Assembly: GCA_963920595.1 (NCBI GenBank)
Contig: OY986949.1
Coordinates: 682,001 to 746,000, forward strand
DNA: 64,000 bases
Direction of reading: 5' to 3'
DNA from: Eimeria praecox
Taxonomy: Eukaryota
Both the position numbers and the translations under genes were made by a program. The notes under the pieces were generated by a model. The model worked only from the letters and a program-made list of their open reading frames with translations, made no database searches and was not told the origin of the DNA. This document shows, piece after piece, positions 25,794 to 40,700 of this stretch (its first letter is position 1; each line of letters begins with the position of its first letter).

Positions 25794-28700
25794 GTGAACT
25801 TCCTCAAACGAACCAGCAGCTACCCTGGCCCTTGTCAAAGGCGCGTCATGCGCTTTCAACAGATTGCTTCCGGAGAGTCATCGCGGCAGTATGCATCTGC
25901 TTCGGGCTGGCGCACGCATGGTGAAGGGTCTAACCTTGAAGCCGAAGGAAAGATTTGTGGAGACGTTTTCCTTTTCCCGACGCCCACGCTTAGGCAACGC
26001 TGGACGGATCCACAACTATACGCATGCAGCAGCGACGAGGAATCCCAGCCTACCCACCCACATGAAATACTCGATTCCCAACCGACCCCGACACACCTCA
26101 AAGGCGTCGTTGCAGAAGGGAAGCATCTCCACAAATCTTTTACTCGGCTTCAAGCTTCGGCTATTCACCGCAAGGTGCATGGACCAACCTTGAAGCCCAA
26201 GGAAAGATTTGTGGAGAATCTTCCCTTCTCCGACGCCCATTCTGAGGCACCACTTGACGGATCGGATCCCCAACTATACGCATCCAGCAGCGACGAAGCC
26301 GCCCACTCTACCCACCCACCTGCAATACTCGATCCCCAACCGACCCAAACGCGACTCAACGGCGCCGTCGCAGAAGCCAAGCATCTCCACAAATCTTTTA
26401 CTCGGCTTCAAGCTTCGGCTATTCTCCTGGCCTCCGCCAGCCCGATGCAGATGCATATTGCCGTGACCACTCTCCGCAAGCAACAGAAACGAGATGCAGG
26501 ACCCACTCTCCACAACAAACTGACACGCCTCAGGGATGCCTCCACGGGACACACACATCCGAAGACGTCTTCTTCTTCTGTCCATTGCTAAATGCTCCTC
26601 AGCAGCGCGAAAACGACCCTCTCGGTGCAAACCATACGCAGCAGTGGCGCGCATCCATCAAACATTCAACCAGGCCCCGCTATTCCAGTGCCACTACCAA
26701 AACCCACTCCGCAGCGAAGAAGCCTCCAAGCACTAGGTGAACTTCCTCAAACGAACCAGCAGCTACCCTGGCCCTTGTCAAAGGCGCGTCATGCGCTTTC
26801 AACAGATTGCTTCCGGAGAGTCATCGCGGCAGTATGCATCTGCTTCGGGCTGGCGCACGCATGGTGAAGGGTCTAACCTTGAAGCCGAAGGAAAGATTTG
26901 TGGAGACGTTTTCCTTTTCCCGACGCCCACGCTTAGGCAACGCTGGACGGATCCACAACTATACGCATGCAGCAGCGACGAGGAATCCCAGCCTACCCAC
27001 CCACATGAAATACTCGATTCCCAACCGACCCCGACACACCTCAACGGCGTCGTTGCAGAAGGGAAGCATCTCCACAAATCTTTTACTCGGCTTCAAGCTT
27101 CGGCTATTCACCGCAAGGTGCATGGACCAACCTTGAAGCCCAAGGAAAGATTTGTGGAGAATCTTCCCTTCTCCGACGCCCATTCTGAGGCACCACTTGA
27201 CGGATCGGATCCCCAACTATACGCATCCAGCAGCGACGAAGCCGCCCACTCTACCCACCCACCTGCAATACTCGATCCCCAACCGACCCAAACGCGACTC
27301 AACGGCGCCGTCGCAGAAGCGAAGCATCTCCACAAATCTTTTACTCGGCTTCAAGCTTCGGCTATTCTCCTGGCCTCCGCCAGCCCGAAGCAGATGCATA
27401 TTGCCGTGACCACTCTCCGCAAGCAACAGAAACGAGATGCAGGACCCACTCTCCACAACAAACTGACACGCCTCAGGGATGCTTCCACGGGACACACACA
27501 TCCGAAGACGTCTTCTTCTTCTGTCCATTGCTAAATGCTCCTCAGCAGCGCGAAAACGACCCTCTCGGTGCAAACCATACGCAGCAGTGGCGCGCATCCA
27601 TCAAACATTCAACCAGGCCCCGCTATTCCAGTGCCACTACCAAAACCCACTCCGCAGCGAAGAAGCCTCCAAGCACTAGGTGAACTTCCTCAAACGAACC
27701 AGCAGCTACCCTGGCCCTTGTCAAAGGCGCGTCATGCGCTTTCAACAGATTGCTTCCGGAGAGTCATCGCGGCAGTATGCATCTGCTTCGGGCTGGCGCA
27801 CGCATGGTGAAGGGTCTAACCTTGAAGCCGAAGGAAAGATTTGTGGAGACGTTTTCCTTTTCCCGACGCCCACGCTTAGGCAACGCTGGACGGATCCACA
27901 ACTATACGCATGCAGCAGCGACGAGGAATCCCAGCCTACCCACCCACATGAAATACTCGATTCCCAACCGACCCCGACACACCTCAACGGCGTCGTTGCA
28001 GAAGGGAAGCATCTCCACAAATCTTTTACTCGGCTTCAAGCTTCGGCTATTCACCGCAAGGTGCATGGACCAACCTTGAAGCCCAAGGAAAGATTTGTGG
28101 AGAATCTTCCCTTCTCCGACGCCCATTCTGAGGCACCACTTGACGGATCGGATCCCCAACTATACGCATCCAGCAGCGACGAAGCCGCCCAGTCTACCCA
28201 CCCACCTGCAATACTCGATCCCCAACCGACCCAAACGCGACTCAACGGCGCCGTCGCAGAAGCGAAGCATCTCCACAAATCTTTTACTCGGCTTCAAGCT
28301 TCGGCTATTCTCCTGGCCTCCGCCAGCCCGAAGCAGATGCATATTGCCGTGACCACTCTCCGCAAGCAACAGAAACGAGATGCAGGACCCACTCTCCACA
28401 ACAAACTGACACGCCTCAGGGATGCTTCCACGGGACACACACATCCGAAGACGTCTTCTTCTTCTGTCCATTGCTAAATGCTCCTCAGCAGCGCGAAAAC
28501 GACCCTCTCGGTGCAACCCATACGCAGCAGTGGCGCGCATCCATCAAACATTCAACCAGGCCCCGCTATTCCAGTGCCACTACCAAAACCCACTCCGCAG
28601 CGAAGAAGCCTCCAAGCACTAGGTGAACTTCCTCAAACGAACCAGCAGCTACCCTGGCCCTTGTCAAAGGCGCGTCATGCGCTTTCAACAGATTGCTTCC

Positions 28701-31700
28701 GGAGAGTCATCACGGCAGTATGCATCTGCTTCGGGCTGGCGCACGCATGGTGAAGGGTCTAACCTTGAAGCCGAAGGAAAGATTTGTGGAGACGTTTTCC
28801 TTTTTCCGACGCCCACGCTTAGGCAACGCTGGACGGATCCACAACTATACGCATGCAGCAGCGACGAGGAATCCCAGCCTACCCACCCACATGAAATACT
28901 CGATTCCCAACCGACCCCGACACACCTCAAAGGCGTCGTTGCAGAAGGGAAGCATCTCCACAAATCTTTTACTCGGCTTCAAGCTTCGGCTATTCACCGC
29001 AAGGTGCATGGACCAACCTTGAAGCCGAAGGAAAGATTTGTGGAGAATCTTCCCTTCTCCGACGCCCATTCTGAGGCACCACATGACGGATCGGATCCCC
29101 AACTATACGCATCCAGCAGCGACGAAGCCGCCCACTCTACCCACCCACCTGCAATACTCGATCCCCAACCGACCCAAACGCGACTCAACGGCGCCGTCGC
29201 AGAAGCGAAGCATCTCCACAAATCTTTTACTCGGCTTCAAGCTTCGGCTATTCTCCTGGCCTCCGCCAGCCCCCTTCAAGCTTCGGCTATTCTCCTGGCC
29301 TCCGCCAGCCCGAAGCAGATGCATATTGCCGTGACCACTCTCCGCAAGCAACAGAAACGAGATGCAGGACCCACTCTCCACAACAAACTGACACGCCTCA
29401 GGGATGCTTCCACGGGACACACACATCCGAAGACGTCTTCTTCTTCTGTCCATTGCTAAATGCTCCTCAGCAGCGCGAAAACGACCCTCTCGGTGCAAAC
29501 CATACGCAGCAGTGGCGCGCATCCATCAAACATTCAACCAGGCCCCGCTATTCCAGTGCCACTACCAAAACCCACTCCGCAGCGAAGAAGCCTCCAAGCA
29601 CTAGGTGAACTTCCTCAAACGAACCAGCAGCTACCCTGGCCCTTGTCAAAGCCGCGTCATGCGCTTTCAACAGATTGCTTCCGGAGAGTCATCACGGCAG
29701 TATGCATCTGCTTCGGGCTGGCACACGCATGGTGAAGGGTCTAACCTTGAAGCCGAAGGAAAGATTTGTGGAGACGTTTTCCTTTTCCCGACGCCCACGC
29801 TTAGGCAACGCTGGACGGATCCACAACTATACGCATGCAGCAGCGACGAGGAATCCCAGCCTACCCACCCACATGAAATACTCGATTCCCAACCGACCCC
29901 GACACACCTCAAAGGCGTCGTTGCAGAAGGGAAGCATCTCCACAAATCTTTTACTCGGCTTCAAGCTTCGGCTATTCACCGCAAGGTGCATGGACCAACC
30001 TTGAAGCCGAAGGAAAGATTTGTGGAGAATCTTCCCTTCTCCGACGCCCATTCTGAGGCACCACTTGACGGATCGGATCCCCAACTATACGCATCCAGCA
30101 GCGACGAAGCCGCCCAGTCTACCCACCCACCTGCAATACTCGATCCCCAACCGACCCAAACGCGACTCAACGGCGCCGTCGCAGAAGCGAAGCATCTCCA
30201 CAAATCTTTTACTCGGCTTCAAGCTTCGGCTATTCTCCTGGCCTCCGCCAGCCCGAAGCAGATGCATATTGCCGTGACCACTCTCCGCAAGCAACAGAAA
30301 CGAGATGCAGGACCCACTCTCCACAACAAACTGACACGCCTCAGGGATGCTTCCACGGGACACACACATCCGAAGACGTCTTCTTCTTCTGTCCATTGCT
30401 AAATGCTCCTCAGCAGCGCGAAAACGACCCTCTCGGTGCAACCCATACGCAGCAGTGGCGCGCATCCATCAAACATTCAACCAGGCCCCGCTATTCCAGT
30501 GCCACTACCAAAACCCACTCCGCAGCGAAGAAGCCTCCAAGCACTAGGTGAACTTCCTCAAACGAACCAGCAGCTACCCTGGCCCTTGTCAAAGCCGCGT
30601 CATGCGCTTTCAACAGATTGCTTCCGGAGAGTCATCACGGCAGTATGCATCTGCTTCGGGCTGGCACACGCATGGTGAAGGGTCTAACCTTGAAGCCGAA
30701 GGAAAGATTTGTGGAGACGTTTTCCTTTTCCCGACGCCCACGCTTAGGCAACGCTGGACGGATCCACAACTATACGCATGCAGCAGCGACGAGGAATCCC
30801 AGCCTACCCACCCACATGAAATACTCGATTCCCAACCGACCCCGACACACCTCAACGGCGTCGTTGCAGAAGGGAAGCATCTCCACAAATCTTTTACTCG
30901 GCTTCAAGCTTCGGCTATTCACCGCAAGGTGCATGGACCAACCTTGAAGCCCAAGGAAAGATTTGTGGAGAATCTTCCCTTCTCCGACGCCCATTCTGAG
31001 GCACCACTTGACGGATCGGATCCCCAACTATACGCATCCAGCAGCGACGAAGCCGCCCAGTCTACCCACCCACCTGCAATACTCGATCCCCAACCGACCC
31101 AAACGCGACTCAACGGCGCCGTCGCAGAAGCGAAGCATCTCCACAAATCTTTTACTCGGCTTCAAGCTTCGGCTATTCTCCTGGCCTCCGCCAGCCCGAA
31201 GCAGATGCATATTGCCGTGACCACTCTCCGCAAGCAACAGAAACGAGATGCAGGACCCACTCTCCACAACAAACTGACACGCCTCAGGGATGCTTCCACG
31301 GGACACACACATCCGAAGACGTCTTCTTCTTCTGTCCATTGCTAAATGCTCCTCAGCAGCGCGAAAACGACCCTCTCGGTGCAAACCATACGCAGCAGTG
31401 GCGCGCATCCATCAAACATTCAACCAGGCCCCGCTATTCCAGTGCCACTACCAAAACCCACTCCGCAGCGAAGAAGCCTCCAAGCACTAGGTGAACTTCC
31501 TCAAACGAACCAGCAGCTACCCTGGCCCTTGTCAAAGCCGCGTCATGCGCTTTCAACAGATTGCTTCCGGAGAGTCATCGCGGCAGTATGCATCTGCTTC
31601 GGGCTGGCGCACGCATGGTGAAGGGTCTAACCTTGAAGCCGAAGGAAAGATTTGTGGAGACGTTTTCCTTTTCCCGACGCCCACGCTTAGGCAACGCTGG

Positions 31701-34700
31701 ACGGATCCACAACTATACGCATGCAGCAGCGACGAGGAATCCCAGCCTACCCACCCACATGAAATACTCGATTCCCAACCGACCCCGACACACCTCAAAG
31801 GCGTCGTTGCAGAAGGGAAGCATCTCCACAAATCTTTTACTCGGCTTCAAGCTTCGGCTATTCACCGCAAGGTGCATGGACCAACCTTGAAGCCCAAGGA
31901 AAGATTTGTGGAGAATCTTCCCTTCTCCGACGCCCATTCTGAGGCACCACTTGACGGATCGGATCCCCAACTATACGCATCCAGCAGCGACGAAGCCGCC
32001 CAGTCTACCCACCCACCTGCAATACTCGATCCCCAACCGACCCAAACGCGACTCAACGGCGCCGTCGCAGAAGCGAAGCATCTCCACAAATCTTTTACTC
32101 GGCTTCAAGCTTCGGCTATTCTCCTGGCCTCCGCCAGCCCGAAGCAGATGCATATTGCCGTGACCACTCTCCGCAAGCAACAGAAACGAGATGCAGGACC
32201 CACTCTCCACAACAAACTGACACGCCTCAGGGATGCTTCCACGGGACACACACATCCGAAGACGTCTTCTTCTTCTGTCCATTGCTAAATGCTCCTCAGC
32301 AGCGCGAAAACGACCCTCTCGGTGCAACCCATACGCAGCAGTGGCGCGCATCCATCAAACATTCAACCAGGCCCCGCTATTCCAGTGCCACTACCAAAAC
32401 CCACTCCGCAGCGAAGAAGCCTCCAAGCACTAGGTGAACTTCCTCAAACGAACCAGCAGCTACCCTGGCCCTTGTCAAAGGCGCGTCATGCGCTTTCAAC
32501 AGATTGCTTCCGGAGAGTCATCACGGCAGTATGCATCTGCTTCGGGCTGGCGCACGCATGGTGAAGGGTCTAACCTTGAAGCCGAAGGAAAGATTTGTGG
32601 AGACGTTTTCCTTTTCCCGACGCCCACGCTTAGGCAACGCTGGACGGATCCACAACTATACGCATGCAGCAGCGACGAGGAATCCCAGCCTACCCACCCA
32701 CATGAAATACTCGATTCCCAACCGACCCCGACACACCTCAACGGCGTCGTTGCAGAAGGGAAGCATCTCCACAAATCTTTTACTCGGCTTCAAGCTTCGG
32801 CTATTCACCGCAAGGTGCATGGACCAACCTTGAAGCCCAAGGAAAGATTTGTGGAGAATCTTCCCTTCTCCGACGCCCATTCTGAGGCACCACTTGACGG
32901 ATCGGATCCCCAACTATACGCATCCAGCAGCGACGAAGCCGCCCAGTCTACTCACCCACCTGCAATACTCGATCCCCAACCGACCCAAACGCGACTCAAC
33001 GGCGCCGTCGCAGAAGCGAAGCATCTCCACAAATCTTTTACTCGGCTTCAAGCTTCGGCTATTCTCCTGGCCTCCGCCAGCCCGAAGCAGATGCATATTG
33101 CCGTGACCACTCTCCGCAAGCAACAGAAACGAGATGCAGGACCCACTCTCCACAACAAACTGACACGCCTCAGGGATGCTTCCACGGGACACACACATCC
33201 GAAGACGTCTTCTTCTTCTGTCCATTGCTAAATGCTCCTCAGCAGCGCGAAAACGACCCTCTCGGTGCAACCCATACGCAGCAGTGGCGCGCATCCATCA
33301 AACATTCAACCAGGCCCCGCTATTCCAGTGCCACTACCAAAACCCACTCCGCAGCGAAGAAGCCTCCAAGCACTAGGTGAACTTCCTCAAACGAACCAGC
33401 AGCTACCCTGGCCCTTGTCAAAGGCGCGTCATGCGCTTTCAACAGATTGCTTCCGGAGAGTCATCACGGCAGTATGCATCTGCTTCGGGCTGGCGCACGC
33501 ATGGTGAAGGGTCTAACCTTGAAGCCGAAGGAAAGATTTGTGGAGACGTTTTCCTTTTCCCGACGCCCACGCTTAGGCAACGCTGGACGGATCCACAACT
33601 ATACGCATGCAGCAGCGACGAGGAATCCCAGCCTACCCACCCACATGAAATGCTCGATTCCCAACCGACCCCGACACACCTCAACGGCGTCGTTGCAGAA
33701 GGGAAGCATCTCCACAAATCTTTTACTCGGCTTCAAGCTTCGGCTATTCACCGCAAGGTGCATGGACCAACCTTGAAGCCGAAGGAAAGATTTGTGGAGA
33801 ATCTTCCCTTCTCCGACGCCCATTCTGAGGCACCACTTGACGGATCGGATCCCCAACTATACGCATCCAGCAGCGACGAAGCCGCCCAGTCTACCCACCC
33901 ACCTGCAATACTCGATCCCCAACCGACCCAAACGCGACTCAACGGCGCCGTCGCAGAAGCGAAGCATCTCCACAAATCTTTTACTCGGCTTCAAGCTTCG
34001 GCTATTCTCCTGGCCTCCGCCAGCCCGAAGCAGATGCATATTGCCGTGACCACTCTCCGCAAGCAACAGAAACGAGATGCAGGACCCACTCTCCACAACA
34101 AACTGACACGCCTCAGGGATGCTTCCACGGGACACACACATCCGAAGACGTCTTCTTCTTCTGTCCATTGCTAAATGCTCCTCAGCAGCGCGAAAACGAC
34201 CCTCTCGGTGCAACCCATACGCAGCAGTGGCGCGCATCCATCAAACATTCAACCAGGCCCCGCTATTCCAGTGCCACTACCAAAACCCACTCCGCAGCGA
34301 AGAAGCCTCCAAGCACTAGGTGAACTTCCTCAAACGAACCAGCAGCTACCCTGGCCCTTGTCAAAGGCGCGTCATGCGCTTTCAACAGATTGCTTCCGGA
34401 GAGTCATCACGGCAGTATGCATCTGCTTCGGGCTGGCGCACGCATGGTGAAGGGTCTAACCTTGAAGCCGAAGGAAAGATTTGTGGAGACGTTTTCCTTT
34501 TCCCGACGCCCACGCTTAGGCAACGCTGGACGGATCCACAACTATACGCATGCAGCAGCGACGAGGAATCCCAGCCTACCCACCCACATGAAATACTCGA
34601 TTCCCAACCGACCCCGACACACCTCAACGGCGTCGTTGCAGAAGGGAAGCATCTCCACAAATCTTTTACTCGGCTTCAAGCTTCGGCTATTCACCGCAAG

Positions 34701-37700
34701 GTGCATGGACCAACCTTGAAGCCCAAGGAAAGATTTGTGGAGAATCTTCCCTTCTCCGACGCCCATTCTGAGGCACCACTTGACGGATCGGATCCCCAAC
34801 TATACGCATCCAGCAGCGACGAAGCCGCCCAGTCTACCCACCCACCTGCAATACTCGATCCCCAACCGACCCAAACGCGACTCAACGGCGCCGTCGCAGA
34901 AGCGAAGCATCTCCACAAATCTTTTACTCAGCTTCAAGCTTCGGCTATTCTCCTGGCCTCCGCCAGCCCGAAGCAGATGCATATTGCCGTGACCACTCTC
35001 CGCAAGCAACAGAAACGAGATGCAGGACCCACTCTCCACAACAAACTGACACGCCTCAGGGATGCTTCCACGGGACACACACATCCGAAGACGTCTTCTT
35101 CTTCTGTCCATTGCTAAATGCTCCTCAGCAGCGCGAAAACGACCCTCTCGGTGCAACCCATACGCAGCAGTGGCGCGCATCCATCAAACATTCAACCAGG
35201 CCCCGCTATTCCAGTGCCACTACCAAAACCCACTCCGCAGCGAAGAAGCCTCCAAGCACTAGGTGAACTTCCTCAAACGAACCAGCAGCTACCCTGGCCC
35301 TTGTCAAAGGCGCGTCATGCGCTTTCAACAGATTGCTTCCGGAGAGTCATCACGGCAGTATGCATCTGCTTCGGGCTGGCGCACGCATGGTGAAGGGTCT
35401 AACCTTGAAGCCGAAGGAAAGATTTGTGGAGACGTTTTCCTTTTCCCGACGCCCACGCTTAGGCAACGCTGGACGGATCCACAACTATACGCATGCAGCA
35501 GCGACGAGGAATCCCAGCCTACCCACCCACATGAAATACTCGATTCCCAACCGACCCCGACACACCTCAACGGCGTCGTTGCAGAAGGGAAGCATCTCCA
35601 CAAATCTTTTACTCGGCTTCAAGCTTCGGCTATTCACCGCAAGGTGCATGGACCAACCTTGAAGCCCAAGGAAAGATTTGTGGAGAATCTTCCCTTCTCC
35701 GACGCCCATTCTGAGGCACCACTTGACGGATCGGATCCCCAACTATACGCATCCAGCAGCGACGAAGCCGCCCAGTCTACCCACCCACCTGCAATACTCG
35801 ATCCCCAACCGACCCAAACGCGACTCAACGGCGCCGTCGCAGAAGCGAAGCATCTCCACAAATCTTTTACTCAGCTTCAAGCTTCGGCTATTCTCCTGGC
35901 CTCCGCCAGCCCGAAGCAGATGCATATTGCCGTGACCACTCTCCGCAAGCAACAGAAACGAGATGCAGGACCCACTCTCCACAACAAACTGACACGCCTC
36001 AGGGATGCTTCCACGGGACACACACATCCGAAGACGTCTTCTTCTTCTGTCCATTGCTAAATGCTCCTCAGCAGCGCGAAAACGACCCTCTCGGTGCAAC
36101 CCATACGCAGCAGTGGCGCGCATCCATCAAACATTCAACCAGGCCCCGCTATTCCAGTGCCACTACCAAAACCCACTCCGCAGCGAAGAAGCCTCCAAGC
36201 ACTAGGTGAACTTCCTCAAACGAACCAGCAGCTACCCTGGCCCTTGTCAAAGGCGCGTCATGCGCTTTCAACAGATTGCTTCCGGAGAGTCATCACGGCA
36301 GTATGCATCTGCTTCGGGCTGGCGCACGCATGGTGAAGGGTCTAACCTTGAAGCCGAAGGAAAGATTTGTGGAGACGTTTTCCTTTTCCCGACGCCCACG
36401 CTTAGGCAACGCTGGACGGATCCACAACTATACGCATGCAGCAGCGACGAGGAATCCCAGCCTACCCACCCACATGAAATACTCGATTCCCAACCGACCC
36501 CGACACACCTCAACGGCGTCGTTGCAGAAGGGAAGCATCTCCACAAATCTTTTACTCGGCTTCAAGCTTCGGCTATTCACCGCAAGGTGCATGGACCAAC
36601 CTTGAAGCCGAAGGAAAGATTTGTGGAGAATCTTCCCTTCTCCGACGCCCATTCTGAGGCACCACTTGACGGATCGGATCCCCAACTATACGCATCCAGC
36701 AGCGACGAAGCCGCCCAGTCTACCCACCCACCTGCAATACTCGATCCCCAACCGACCCAAACGCGACTCAACGGCGCCGTCGCAGAAGCGAAGCATCTCC
36801 ACAAATCTTTTACTCGGCTTCAAGCTTCGGCTATTCTCCTGGCCTCCGCCAGCCCGAAGCAGATGCATATTGCCGTGACCACTCTCCGCAAGCAACAGAA
36901 ACGAGATGCAGGACCCACTCTCCACAACAAACTGACACGCCTCAGGGATGCTTCCACGGGACACACACATCCGAAGACGTCTTCTTCTTCTGTCCATTGC
37001 TAAATGCTCCTCAGCAGCGCGAAAACGACCCTCTCGGTGCAACCCATACGCAGCAGTGGCGCGCATCCATCAAACATTCAACCAGGCCCCGCTATTCCAG
37101 TGCCACTACCAAAACCCACTCCGCAGCGAAGAAGCCTCCAAGCACTAGGTGAACTTCCTCAAACGAACCAGCAGCTACCCTGGCCCTTGTCAAAGCCGCG
37201 TCATGCGCTTTCAACAGATTGCTTCCGGAGAGTCATCACGGCAGTATGCATCTGCTTCGGGCTGGCGCACGCATGGTGAAGGGTCTAACCTTGAAGCCGA
37301 AGGAAAGATTTGTGGAGACGTTTTCCTTTTCCCGACGCCCACGCTTAGGCAACGCTGGACGGATCCACAACTATACGCATGCAGCAGCGACGAGGAATCC
37401 CAGCCTACCCACCCACATGAAATACTCGATTCCCAACCGACCCCGACACACCTCAACGGCGTCGTTGCAGAAGGGAAGCATCTCCACAAATCTTTTACTC
37501 GGCTTCAAGCTTCGGCTATTCACCGCAAGGTGCATGGACCAACCTTGAAGCCCAAGGAAAGATTTGTGGAGAATCTTCCCTTCTCCGACGCCCATTCTGA
37601 GGCACCACTTGACGGATCGGATCCCCAACTATACGCATCCAGCAGCGACGAAGCCGCCCAGTCTACCCACCCACCTGCAATACTCGATCCCCAACCGACC

Positions 37701-40700
37701 CAAACGCGACTCAACGGCGCCGTCGCAGAAGCGAAGCATCTCCACAAATCTTTTACTCAGCTTCAAGCTTCGGCTATTCTCCTGGCCTCCGCCAGCCCGA
37801 AGCAGATGCATATTGCCGTGACCACTCTCCGCAAGCAACAGAAACGAGATGCAGGACCCACTCTCCACAACAAACTGACACGCCTCAGGGATGCTTCCAC
37901 GGGACACACACATCCGAAGACGTCTTCTTCTTCTGTCCATTGCTAAATGCTCCTCAGCAGCGCGAAAACGACCCTCTCGGTGCAACCCATACGCAGCAGT
38001 GGCGCGCATCCATCAAACATTCAACCAGGCCCCGCTATTCCAGTGCCACTACCAAAACCCACTCCGCAGCGAAGAAGCCTCCAAGCACTAGGTGAACTTC
38101 CTCAAACGAACCAGCAGCTACCCTGGCCCTTGTCAAAGGCGCGTCATGCGCTTTCAACAGATTGCTTCCGGAGAGTCATCACGGCAGTATGCATCTGCTT
38201 CGGGCTGGCGCACGCATGGTGAAGGGTCTAACCTTGAAGCCGAAGGAAAGATTTGTGGAGACGTTTTCCTTTTCCCGACGCCCACGCTTAGGCAACGCTG
38301 GACGGATCCACAACTATACGCATGCAGCAGCGACGAGGAATCCCAGCCTACCCACCCACATGAAATACTCGATTCCCAACCGACCCCGACACACCTCAAC
38401 GGCGTCGTTGCAGAAGGGAAGCATCTCCACAAATCTTTTACTCGGCTTCAAGCTTCGGCTATTCACCGCAAGGTGCATGGACCAACCTTGAAGCCGAAGG
38501 AAAGATTTGTGGAGAATCTTCCCTTCTCCGACGCCCATTCTGAGGCACCACTTGACGGATCGGATCCCCAACTATACGCATCCAGCAGCGACGAAGCCGC
38601 CCACTCTACCCACCCACCTGCAATACTCGATCCCCAACCGACCCAAACGCGACTCAACGGCGCCGTCGCAGAAGCGAAGCATCTCCACAAATCTTTTACT
38701 CGGCTTCAAGCTTCGGCTATTCTCCTGGCCTCCGCCAGCCCGAAGCAGATGCATATTGCCGTGACCACTCTCCGCAAGCAACAGAAACGAGATGCAGGAC
38801 CCACTCTCCACAACAAACTGACACGCCTCAGGGATGCTTCCACGGGACACACACATCCGAAGACGTCTTCTTCTTCTGTCCATTGCTAAATGCTCCTCAG
38901 CAGCGCGAAAACGACCCTCTCGGTGCAACCCATACGCAGCAGTGGCGCGCATCCATCAAACATTCAACCAGGCCCCGCTATTCCAGTGCCACTACCAAAA
39001 CCCACTCCGCAGCGAAGAAGCCTCCAAGCACTAGGTGAACTTCCTCAAACGAACCAGCAGCTACCCTGGCCCTTGTCAAAGCCGCGTCATGCGCTTTCAA
39101 CAGATTGCTTCCGGAGAGTCATCACGGCAGTATGCATCTGCTTCGGGCTGGCGCACGCATGGTGAAGGGTCTAACCTTGAAGCCGAAGGAAAGATTTGTG
39201 GAGACGTTTTCCTTTTCCCGACGCCCACGCTTAGGCAACGCTGGACGGATCCACAACTATACGCATGCAGCAGCGACGAGGAATCCCAGCCTACCCACCC
39301 ACATGAAATACTCGATTCCCAACCGACCCCGACACACCTCAACGGCGTCGTTGCAGAAGGGAAGCATCTCCACAAATCTTTTACTCGGCTTCAAGCTTCG
39401 GCTATTCACCGCAAGGTGCATGGACCAACCTTGAAGCCCAAGGAAAGATTTGTGGAGAATCTTCCCTTCTCCGACGCCCATTCTGAGGCACCACTTGACG
39501 GATCGGATCCCCAACTATACGCATCCAGCAGCGACGAAGCCGCCCAGTCTACCCACCCACCTGCAATACTCGATCCCCAACCGACCCAAACGCGACTCAA
39601 CGGCGCCGTCGCAGAAGCGAAGCATCTCCACAAATCTTTTACTCAGCTTCAAGCTTCGGCTATTCTCCTGGCCTCCGCCAGCCCGAAGCAGATGCATATT
39701 GCCGTGACCACTCTCCGCAAGCAACAGAAACGAGATGCAGGACCCACTCTCCACAACAAACTGACACGCCTCAGGGATGCTTCCACGGGACACACACATC
39801 CGAAGACGTCTTCTTCTTCTGTCCATTGCTAAATGCTCCTCAGCAGCGCGAAAACGACCCTCTCGGTGCAACCCATACGCAGCAGTGGCGCGCATCCATC
39901 AAACATTCAACCAGGCCCCGCTATTCCAGTGCCACTACCAAAACCCACTCCGCAGCGAAGAAGCCTCCAAGCACTAGGTGAACTTCCTCAAACGAACCAG
40001 CAGCTACCCTGGCCCTTGTCAAAGCCGCGTCATGCGCTTTCAACAGATTGCTTCCGGAGAGTCATCACGGCAGTATGCATCTGCTTCGGGCTGGCGCACG
40101 CATGGTGAAGGGTCTAACCTTGAAGCCGAAGGAAAGATTTGTGGAGACGTTTTCCTTTTCCCGACGCCCACGCTTAGGCAACGCTGGACGGATCCACAAC
40201 TATACGCATGCAGCAGCGACGAGGAATCCCAGCCTACCCACCCACATGAAATACTCGATTCCCAACCGACCCCGACACACCTCAACGGCGTCGTTGCAGA
40301 AGGGAAGCATCTCCACAAATCTTTTACTCGGCTTCAAGCTTCGGCTATTCACCGCAAGGTGCATGGACCAACCTTGAAGCCCAAGGAAAGATTTGTGGAG
40401 AATCTTCCCTTCTCCGACGCCCATTCTGAGGCACCACTTGACGGATCGGATCCCCAACTATACGCATCCAGCAGCGACGAAGCCGCCCAGTCTACCCACC
40501 CACCTGCAATACTCGATCCCCAACCGACCCAAACGCGACTCAACGGCGCCGTCGCAGAAGCGAAGCATCTCCACAAATCTTTTACTCAGCTTCAAGCTTC
40601 GGCTATTCTCCTGGCCTCCGCCAGCCCGAAGCAGATGCATATTGCCGTGACCACTCTCCGCAAGCAACAGAAACGAGATGCAGGACCCACTCTCCACAAC

